A stretch of DNA of 61,668 nt, counting the filler, from Squatina squatina (lineage: Eukaryota), in NCBI GenBank assembly GCA_031763465.1. It is 3 parts of 3 records of this genome, joined end to end, with 100 filler letters (N's around TTAATTAATTAA, not from the genome) between each part and the next. Parts side by side here need not be neighbours in the genome. Positions count along the whole stretch, not along the records: positions 47,095 to 61,668 come from JARFOE010000162.1; 2 more parts are not named here. The stretch is one strand, 5' to 3'. Below are positions 51,298 through 61,668 of the stretch, piece by piece. Each line of letters starts with the position of its first letter. The first letter of the stretch is position 1. The notes beneath the pieces were generated by a model. The model was not told the origin of the DNA. It did not search any database and saw only the letters and a program-made list of their open reading frames with translations. The translations under genes and the position numbers were made by a program.

Positions 51298-53850
51298 GGT
51301 GGCTGAAAGTATGTCTGCCAAAGGTGAAGCAAAGAGGCAAAGGATGCACAAGAGGTCCGAATCAGATGAACAAATGCTATCATAAAGCCCAGATGAATAA
51401 TGTTTGATGATATGAATATTTATCCTGATATTTCCAGTGTTCGCACAAGCAGCCAACTTATAACATTGCAGAGGGACCCGAGTGTCTGAGATCTCCACTG
51501 TTATGGAATCTCATTACTCTTTAATTTTAAGAATTGACACTGGGATTTCATTCAAATGACACTTGGGAACCTATGATTTTACATTATGTTGTTACAAGAT
51601 TCAGTGATTAACTGTATTTTTTTTGAATTACTCAGGTGTATGGTGTTAAAATCTTTTCACAAAATATCTTAATTTAGCTGAGAACAGCTGGGTTACAGTG
51701 AGGTCCTTGCTGCAAAATGAGGATTGGCATGATTGATAATAATGTAAGCAAAGCTACACAGCGTAATTGCACAAAAATAAATTACAAGCAAGGCAGAAAT
51801 GGTGAAAATAAATAATGGAAGAGAATAAATGGTATGAAGATTACAGTAAGTGTCAAACTGGTCTATGATTACAGGCATATTTCAACAGTAAGGCATCTCA
51901 ACTGTTTAAATACTGATAGCAGAGAGTAGGTTGGAAAAATAAAAAAATGATGGTTGATTCCCTGTAATTATTATGTATTTTGAGGAGAAAGCAATTAAGG
52001 TTGCAGCGAGTTTTCTGAGTGTGAACAGATTAACTAAAAGTAAGTTTATTAATATGGTAATCAGGTCCTTTGATGCTTATGGAACGCAAAAGGATATATA
52101 TAATCCCGATTAGTTGCTCTTCATCTACCATCTGTAAGCATTTGGTGAAACCATATTCATCTTTCCTCATAAGAATGATGCAATTGAAATCACAATGATT
52201 CAGTCCTTTCCACATGTGTTAATATGAGATATCCCTCTGTTTCTTGATATCTGTGACCCTCAACAGTACTGAACGGACCTCCTTCCAGACTGAGGAGTCA
52301 CTATTTGGGAGCCCGTACCTTACTGAAGCTGTCTCTAAATACACAGATCATGTTGANNNNNNNNNNNNNNNNNNNNNNNNNNNNNNNNNNNNNNNNNNNN
52401 NNNNNNNNNNNNNNNNNNNNNNNNNNNNNNNNNNNNNNNNNNNNNNNNNNNNNNNNCTACTCCCATTCACACTCCCATCCCTATCCTAGCCCTTCCCTCC
52501 AACCAAGTCCCTCAACCCTTGCGTGAAAACTCAGTCACTTGATACTTCAAGCTGGCAGTCATAAGCCTCCTTTCAGGGAGATACTGCTTTTAATCATCTG
52601 CTTTCAAAACAGATGATTTTATGTGAGTTATGCAATATACAAGCTTTTTTAAGTAACCCTCTTATGAAGTCACTTATCTTATACTCTGCTCAGTTATAAT
52701 CTCCCAATCCTAATATAAAGCAATATGTGAGGAGGAAATGTAGAGCTGAGAGGTAAAGAAATGCTGAATATTCAGTTCAAATGAAGAAAACTGTTTCTGA
52801 GGTGTGTGAATGCTAAAAGTTGACAATATGGTTTTCTGATGTTGCAAGTGTTATAATTCAGTAAGCCAACAATCAAACACCACTTTAACTATTAGAATAT
52901 CATTAGTTCCTGACAGGAAGCTTGTTTTTGCACATGCAGTAACTTTAGAATTAAATGATTCCAGTCTCCTATAAGGAGCTCTCTGTGCAATAAGTTCCTA
53001 TTCAGATTTTCGCTCAGTTTTATAAAAGTAAACAAAACAATTGGAAACAGAAAAACATAGTTTGTGATAATGATATATCATAAGACATTCATTAGATTAT
53101 GAGCTAAATAGAATTTAGTTTATATTGATTCTGTTTTATATTTGAAATAAGATCTTGCTGGGCCCAACACATTATAAGTTGATTACATACTTTACCATGG
53201 AGATAAAATTTAAAAATTATCATTTGGATTAACTTAATGACATCCTACTGGAAACCAAACTCTTTAAACCTAGTTTATTGAGCTCAAGTGTCATCAGTAA
53301 TTGTTTTTGTCATTATTGTGTCAGATTCTAGTATTTGATTATTACCTCCTTGAAATATGATAACTTACAGCTTCAGAAATAAGCTTGTTGGTAATTGCAT
53401 TTCTCTCCAATGAATTCAGCATTCACAAACGCCAAAGAGAATTGGAAGAAGTTATTACTGCTGCAGCAACTCTCAATAGAGATCAAATTGTATTCTGGGA
53501 ATATATCCCTCTGAGGTTACACTGGCTTTCATGCAATGTCGCTGCCGACTATTGTTTTGGATTTGTGCATACGATGATGTCCACCTGGTGCACATGAGTT
53601 GAGTTTAATCTCAACAAAGTCAGTCAAGACTGCGGCAAGACTCTTATGCCACAGCTCCAAGACTACCCCTTCCCCCAAGGAAACCAGTTTTTATGTTGTC
53701 CTTTTATTAACTTTTCTATGTTAAAATTTGGATACATTTTAATAAGAACANNNNNNNNNNNNNNNNNNNNNNNNNNNNNNNNNNNNNNNNNNNNNNNNNN
53801 NNNNNNNNNNNNNNNNNNNNNNNNNNNNNNNNNNNNNNNNNNNNNNNNNN

Positions 53851-54870
53851 ACACACACACACTCACTCACACATCCCCTCACACTCTCACTCAAAAACTC
53901 ACACTCTCACTCAAACACATATTCACACACACACACTCACACACATCCACTCACACACACATTCACACTTACTCTCAATCACACTCACACACTCACTTGC
54001 ACACACATTCACACTCATACACACTCACTTACAAACACACACAGTGACATACACACACGCTCACATTTAGACAGACACAAACACACACTCACTCATACAC
54101 ACACACTCACACACACCCATTCTCACACACGCTCACACACGCAAACACACACATCCTCCCACTCACACATGCTCACACACACGCGCAGACTCACAAACAC
54201 ACACTCACACACAGACACAAATACACATTCACACACTCACACATATACAGTCGCACACACTCACACTCAGACACACACAGAAACACACTCACACATGCTC
54301 AAAAACACAGACGCACACACACGCACAGTCACAGACACATACACACTCATTCACACTAACACACACACACACAAACACTCACACAAACACAGACACACTG
54401 ACTACACACTCACAGACACTGTCCAATACACACACTCACTTACACACACTCACACATACTCACTAACACATACTCACAAACACGCTCACACAAACTCACT
54501 TACACATACACTTGCACACACTCACTTACACACATACTCGCAAATACACTCACACATATTCACACATATACAAGGACACACACACTCATTTACACATACA
54601 CTCGCACACTCACACACACATACTCGCACACTCACACAAACTCATGTACACACACACTCACGCACTCTCAAACATACTCACTTACACACTCACTTGCACA
54701 CCCACTCACGCTCACACACACAGACACACTCACGCTCACACAAACCCACTTACACACACACTCACTTACAGACACACTAGCATTCTCAAACACACTCACT
54801 TACACACCCTCGCATATACTCACTCACGCACACACACACACACACACATACACACACTCGCACAAACACA
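53851..54870. repeat. ~1 kb degenerate (CA)n/(CACACT)n microsatellite
   Basis: Continuous acacac/actcac repeats. Confidence 0.95.
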
Positions 54871-56624
54871 GGGACACAATGAAAAATAACAACTGCCACA
54901 AAAATCGTTCAGGATCACAAGTCTTGCAGTAAGAATTACGCTGCATCCTGATGAGGTGTGAAATCTCTTTATACTTACTTGCATTATTCAATACTCCAGA
55001 CCTGACACAAGCATTGATTGAGAACAATAAGAGACATAGTACTGAGTCATTTCCATGATTTATCTTATATACCCTGAAGGTTAATGCATTCCAAATGAAT
55101 TCAAACATTAATGACTAGTTAAGATATATGAAAGACGTTTTAACTGTGTACTAGGCTTGTATTTAAGCTATTTTATTATCATAGTTTAATATGGTCAATA
55201 TTTGGCCCTTCTAGCTCATGGAAATTCATCCCCAAATAAAATACCGTGATCTCCTACTGGAAGAACTGACCAGGAATCTGGCACGGAATGACAGCTGCTT
55301 CTTAATACCTTCTTAGGTAATATTCAAGGCTTAAAACTGGAAATCAATAAAATTCTGCATGTGATTCTGGACTTGGAAGACCCATCAAGTTGGAANNNNN
55401 NNNNNNNNNNNNNNNNNNNNNNNNNNNNNNNNNNNNNNNNNNNNNNNNNNNNNNNNNNNNNNNNNNNNNNNNNNNNNNNNNNNNNNNNNNNNNNNCAAAT
55501 GGCCTGTTTATGTGCTGTAAGTTCTATGTAATAAAACCCCATCTGGTTCATAAATATATGTAAGTACAGGACTTCTTGATAAAGGCTGAAAGAAAGGCCA
55601 TCCTAAATGAAGGTTTTTTTTTCCCCAACAGTAAAAGAAACTTTCTCAATAAATAATAGAATGCCTGTTTGGCTGTGCAGAAAGGACAGCCTCAAGTGCT
55701 GTATGACCTATTCAGCCTTAAGTTATTTTAGGTTAAGTAGATTGAATTCATGGATGCCAGAACATTGTCAATGTCATTGCAGCCCATGGGGACCCATAGC
55801 CACAGTGTAGAACCATGGATTTAAATTACATTTTAAAACTATTTTTTAAATCTGCCTTTTATGCAAACTTTATATTAAATTATGGAGCTAAACTTTAATT
55901 AGAGTTCTCTGACATGGTGATACAATGTGTTCTCTTTTAGGCTGAAATCCTATCATGAATTTCACTACTTATTCCAGCATGGGGATTTAAAAAATGTCTG
56001 CCAAACAGCTGCTACTGGAGCAGCAAGTAACATTATTGCAATATAAAATTATGGAATAAGGTGGAACATTTTTTAATGCAACATGAGCTGGATACCAAAA
56101 ACCATTATACTAAGTGTAACCAATGTAAAATTGGATAATATCTTTCACAGATGAATGTATTATTATAAATGCAATGCTTTAGCAACTGTTAATTGTTAGC
56201 TTGGCAGCCAGTTTATTGTGTAATTTCACAGATGTTGCCAGTTTGCTGGCAATTTAAAGGGCAAATCAGAACTGGTATAAGGCTTCCTATTTAGTATTGT
56301 CAGTGTTCAATTTCTATTATCAAAGCTAGTGGCAGATGTTAAACTGCGATAATTTTTAATGACTTGGTTTTGATAGAGCAAAAAGTACAATCTTAATATA
56401 CACAATAATATTTAGTGAGTTTTTTGGTCCAAATCAGTGTAGAATCAAATATTTCCTGTTTTATTTTATACTCAAAATCAACATTGAACACTTCACAGTT
56501 AGATGTAGCAGCATGGTTTAGATGTATGCTAAAAGTCCCTCCATACAATCCTAACAATGTGCCGTAAGCACATCTACAGAATTAACCCTACTTCCTTTTG
56601 CAATAGAAATGCCTTATAGACTAG

Positions 56625-56814
56625 CTTGTATTGGTTCTGTTGTTGTGCCTTTGCTGAGAATCAAAGCTTGCATGTCATCGTGGAGCAGGTGGAGAATGGT
56701 GACAAATTTGTGCGGGCAGCCAAACTTGAGGAGGATGCTCCACAATCCCTTTCGGTTGATGGAATCGAAGGCCTTCGCAAGGTCAAAGAAGGTCATGTAC
56801 AAAGGTTGATGCTG
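56625..56814 (-). mobile_element. RTE-clade LINE RT fragment
   Basis: QHQPLYMTFFDLAKAFDSINRKGLWSILLKFGCPHKFVTILHLLHDDMQA. Confidence 0.88.
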
Positions 56815-59800
56815 NNNNNNNNNNNNNNNNNNNNNNNNNNNNNNNNNNNNNNNNNNNNNNNNNNNNNNNNNNNNNNNNNNNNNNNNNNNNNNNNNNNNNN
56901 NNNNNNNNNNNNNNAACTTTGATTTCAGCAATTTCATATCAGAAGCAAAATGGATCCTTTGGAGTTTCATTTAAAATTGAACTATTAACAGCCCAGAGAA
57001 ATCAATGTGTCACAGTGAAGACATTATACTGTATATCAGGACAAAACAGGCAGGCACATTAACTATAACTGTACAGATACCAAATTAATGGTTTGCTGTG
57101 GCTTTAGGACTGGAAGCGATGATGTTAGAAGTATGAATCACCTTGTGACAGCTGACCTAATGGAGCCATTTGTTGCAGGATAGTAAATGGAGATTTCAGA
57201 GGGACACCTATTAGACAGTAAATCATCTTTTCTTTCCCAGCTTGTGCTCTGGATTTCCAAAAAAGATTTAATCAAAATGTGATTATCCTGCTTTTACCCC
57301 ATAATGTGGTTACTCTAAATCAAAGGGCCTGCCAGTCTGCTTTGATTTGCAAAAGGGAAGTAAAGACATTTGATGCTTCTAAATGTCGCAGAAGTGAATT
57401 TATCTGCAAAACCAGGTACACTAAAGTGGATGTGTGATCATTGAATATTTCTGTTGAGTACAAATTGAAAAGTGAATATTTTTTCAATCTTAGTTTCCTG
57501 CATTTTTCTTTTCAACGGAATATTCTTTTGCTTCCGAGCTCTTTTATATGATAGTGGTATAATCATTAATGATATATTTCTACCGCTAACAACCGATAGA
57601 ACTTGGTTTTAAAAAANNNNNNNNNNNNNNNNNNNNNNNNNNNNNNNNNNNNNNNNNNNNNNNNNNNNNNNNNNNNNNNNNNNNNNNNNNNNNNNNNNNN
57701 NNNNNNNNNNNNNNNNTTACTGCTGGATCTGCTTGCAGATTTACCTATAGTTTATGATCTGCATCACCATTCTATCTAATTCTACAGAACGTTGTTTTGG
57801 GCTCCAGTAATGGCATCAGAAGACTCCTTCATATTTAATGCCGACAGGGGTTGTTGGAAAGCTAACTTGATGTTCAATAATATGAGCTCATACACTTTAA
57901 AAGCAGCCGGCAAGTGATGGATAGTGAAATATAAACTGAGTTCTTCAGGAAAAGGTGTCCACCAAAAGCAACAAAGACTACTAATGTATGTACAAAAAGA
58001 ACAGTTTTGAAGGGAAGGCATTGCCGGTCCCCAGTGGACATCCATCCAGAAAGCTTCATACTGCAGTGATTCTGTTTAAGGTCTATCCCCAATTCAGCAC
58101 TTACCTTTTCTCCCAGAATCAGTCAGCCAATTGAGCAAATGGTTACAGAAGATTACAAAGGTGAGAAGCCTAAATCACTGTAATGGGCTGACATCAGAGT
58201 GCATTCCATTCAGCACTGAAGAGAATTGATGGGCCTTCATTGCTCCAAAGTAGAAACACAGCAGTAGGAAATCTGATTATATAAATCAGANNNNNNNNNN
58301 NNNNNNNNNNNNNNNNNNNNNNNNNNNNNNNNNNNNNNNNNNNNNNNNNNNNNNNNNNNNNNNNNNNNNNNNNNNNNNNNNNNNNNNNNNAACTGTACAA
58401 TTGATGGTGAAAGAGGCCTATTTACACATGTAGACTGCAAACATTCCACTTTAACATTCAGCATCTTGACATTAATATCTAACAAGGGCAAAAGAGATTA
58501 AAATCAGAATAATAAAACAGCCTAGGAAAAAGCCGTGCTCTGAATGTTTCTTTTAATCTCAGCCCATTCCACATACTTATAAGAGATTGGCCAATTGGCA
58601 AAACCCTAAAGTGTATGTCAGGCGAGCAAGTGAAGTGAAAGATTGTGGAAAATGGCCACTTTGGCTTAGATTTAGAACCATACCTCATATAAGTCAACAT
58701 CTACATAAGGGGAGAGGAGAAAACTGAGGGAATAAATCTAGGACAATTGGCATTAACTTGGTTTTCATAGCAAAGCACAGCCTGTGACTAATAGCTATTA
58801 GCATGAGCTGAATGAACCAAAGAGCTATCTCTTTTTGCATATTTCCTTATGCTCCCGCAGTTATGCCTCGGGTTGGTTTCCTAATTACTACTAACTCCTG
58901 GTAAATTGCACTGCTGTTTAAGTGAGGCAAGCCTTTGTCTCAAATACACAGGCATGCGCTCTAATGGCATCTCGCAAACACTTTAGTTAAAATGTTTGCC
59001 GATTGTTTGTACACGTCGAGAATGCCATTAAGTATTGAATTCTTCCAGGTCATATGTAGCACGAGTTGGATTCAGATTAAAACTGCTTCTACACTATCCC
59101 ACGAACATTACCACAGCAGCAGAGTGCCTGAGGCGAAGTTGGTAGTAGTGAATAATTCATACTGAGACTCTCTTGGTTTGTCAAAAACAAAATNNNNNNN
59201 NNNNNNNNNNNNNNNNNNNNNNNNNNNNNNNNNNNNNNNNNNNNNNNNNNNNNNNNNNNNNNNNNNNNNNNNNNNNNNNNNNNNNNNNNNNNNCTAGCTA
59301 CTGGCAGAAGTGAACCTCTATCAGAGGAGAATGCAGCAAAAACTGAATAAATAGGTCTGTTGTTTTTGCAATGTCCTGTCTTGAAAAAGATTTTGAGAAA
59401 AAAATGGTCCTGACAAGGTAGTTATCCTGTCCCCATTTTCTAAGTCAAAAGATAGTCTAAAACTGGGTTTTGGAATAAAACGTATTTAAATTTATGACTA
59501 CTGAATGCTGATATCAGCAAATGTATGAGCCGTCCTTTAATTAGAATTTGACATTTATAAAACTGTGTTACTATGCGCTAAATATGTTTACATGATATTT
59601 AAGCCTTATGAAGAATGTAGCAGTATGAAGGCTAAAGTTATTTTAAGGGACAGTTTTGGAATCGTGCCACTCAGTGCATTAATAAAGTGCAGTATGGAAT
59701 GATTCCGATATATATAATTTTAAAAAAAATATATATATATAGAGCCAGGAAATCCTATACAGCATTTAATAAATTGGTTGGAAGAATGTCAGATTTAAAT

Positions 59801-60351
59801 GTAAGTTTAGTCATGTTCTTTTGAATAAGTATGTTACAGGGCTATAATTCAATTCAGGGGTTCTGCTAATGTCCAAAATGATGAGTGAAGCTCAAGTATT
59901 TGGTGACTGATATTTGAACCTGACTATTGAATCACACCTTTTAACTCTCAGCCATGTACTTATTTTATGCAATATGCAAAATAGTTTTCATTCATGTCAG
60001 TGAGGTAATTTGATGTGGTGACTTGCAGAATGGCCCCATAGGGTTTGCTTTCATTACATCTTGAAAAGATTAGACAAAAGGGAATAAGAAATATCAGGTN
60101 NNNNNNNNNNNNNNNNNNNNNNNNNNNNNNNNNNNNNNNNNNNNNNNNNNNNNNNNNNNNNNNNNNNNNNNNNNNNNNNNNNNNNNNNNNNNNNNNNNNG
60201 CCCGACTGGAAGCCAGTCTATCAATCAGGCTGGCTTCCGGGCAGGGAACCTGCCATGACGTCACACTCAGGCTATGGAGTTAAAACTCCACAGCGTGCAG
60301 GTAAACCCCACCCCTGCTCCGGGCGGGTTGCAAACTTCAAAATCCAGCCCA

Positions 60352-60840
60352 ATGTTTCAGGTCGATGACCTTTTGTCAGAACTGAAAAAAAGCTCGAGAT
60401 ATAACAGGTTTTAAGCAAGTGCAGTGGCAGGGAAAGTGGGGGTGGGGAGGAAAGAACAAAAGGGAAGGTCTGTGATAGGGAGGAAGGCAGAAGAGATTAA
60501 ATGACAAAAGAGATGATGGTGCAAGGCCAAAGAAGATGGTAATGCGACAAGTAAAGACATAAAAGATGGGTCTAGAAGGGGTGTAAATGGGAATAGCAGA
60601 ATCTTCAACAGCTGCCATCTGAACAAATGGAGGCAGAGTTTAGGATCTGAAATTGTTGAACTCTGGAAGGCTGTAAAGTACCGAATCAGAAGATGAGTTG
60701 CTGTTCCTCAAGCTTAGGTTGACCTTCATTGGAACAGTGTAGGAGGCGGAGGACAGAGGGGTCAGAGTGGGAGTGGAGCGGAGAATTAAAGTGACAGGCG
60801 ACCAGAAGCTTGGGGTCACGCTTGCAAACTGAATGGAGGT
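60352..60840 (-). mobile_element. Penelope-like element: GIY-YIG C-terminus and 3' region with decayed hammerhead
   Basis: LHSVCKRDPKLLVACHFNSPLHSHSDPSVLRLLHCSNEGQPKLEEQQLIF*FGTLQP; minus strand cagttCTGACAAaaggtcatcgacctGAAAc at 60354-60384. Confidence 0.85.
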
Positions 60841-61002
60841 ATATTCCCTCATCCCTGGAACCATTCCAGTAAATCTCTTCTGTACCCTTTCCAAAGCCTT
60901 CACGTCCTTCCTAGAGTGTGGTTCCAGAATTGGACACAATGCTCCAGCTGGGGCTGAAATCGTGTTTTATAAAGGTTTAGCATAACTTCCTGGCTGTTGC
61001 AC
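60841..61002 (-). mobile_element. CR1 ORF2 C-terminal fragment
   Basis: PQLEHCVQFW and RKDVKALERVQKRFTGMVPGMREY across a frameshift. Confidence 0.88.
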
Positions 61003-61007
61003 TCTTT

Positions 61008-61668
61008 GGGGTGAATTTTCACTTGAGAAAGGAGGTGTGTTGGGGGTTAAAAGCACTGAAATTGACAGCGCGCTGAAAACCGGCTCCAACGGCAGTGCAT
61101 TCGGCTGTGTGCAAGCAACCCCCTCGGGAGAGGCGGCTCGTCAATTTCAATATGTTAATTGCTCATTACCAGCAATATTAACATGGCTTTTCAAATTGAA
61201 CTAAGAGCGCACGGGTTTTCTGGGCTTCCTGGAATGCGCCACTGAAAGCAAGGTGAAAACACAGCAGCAATTGAGGGCTGAAGACATGACAGGGAAACAT
61301 CAAACCTCGCAGCAGCTTTCTCGCCTGCTTGTATGAAAGGCTTTGTTCACAGTACTTGTGCTGAGAGGTTACTTTCACAACTTTGGAGGTTTGTACCTCC
61401 GATCTCCATGCTGGAGCTCTGATCTGTCAAATCAGCATGAGTGTTGCTTCTGCTGTTTTATTTTGGACCTCAGATGAGAACCGTGATGACCATCACCAGG
61501 AGCAGCCTTAGCCTGCTCCTCACAGACCTGCCGCTCCACAGGAGAGCAAGGATGAGCAGCGAGGTGCAGCTCGCAGGAGGCCAGACCCACAACCAAATGC
61601 TTCCTTTAAGGTGCACAGCTGCCCAGCCACACACGCGCTCTGCAGGTCCCGTGAAGCTGGTGAGCCAG
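61008..61668 (+). mobile_element. Harbinger left end, leader and transposase N-terminus (internally deleted)
   Basis: Starts GGGGTGAATTTT; tcagcATGagtgttgct...tggacctcagat aligns with 8113-8160; early stop. Confidence 0.8.

Noticed and set aside
54169-54889. His/Thr-rich ORFs
   Set aside because: Translation of the (CA)n microsatellite
57011-57049. CACAGTG-23 nt-ACAAAACAG resembling a 23-RSS, of interest because TCR-gamma follows AMPH in human
   Set aside because: Nonamer matches only 6/9, no V-segment features (YYC) precede it, and no V, J or C exons were recognised in this piece
1-61668. CRISPR arrays, rRNA or true tRNA genes, prokaryotic systems
   Set aside because: None seen; the tRNA-like boxes belong to SINE heads

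Overview
Vertebrate genomic DNA, most likely from a shark (inferred from the repeat repertoire: CR1, L2, RTE, Penelope-like elements, Deu-domain SINEs, many PIF/Harbinger relics). The assembly is very fragmented, with many 100-N gaps. Two artificial N44-TTAATTAATTAA-N44 linkers split the window into three joined pieces: 1-26261, 26362-46994 and 47095-61668. The middle piece holds three 3' exons of VPS41 (+), including the last, followed by AMPH (amphiphysin 1, +). For AMPH I recognise exons 1, 2, 3, 7 and 10 (human numbering) and a ~1.5 kb acidic exon packed with endocytic adaptor motifs; the other exons probably lie in gaps. In the outer pieces I recognise no host exons, only transposon relics and enhancer-like non-coding DNA. 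The best leads are the large AMPH exon (DPW, WxxF-acidic and YxxL motifs), a split REST/RE1 site in AMPH intron 1, a shortened VPS41 RING loop, minimal hammerhead motifs in Penelope ends and a ~130 bp inverted repeat pair. I found no convincing evidence of a wholly new biological system. Human comparisons are from memory, not from a database search.
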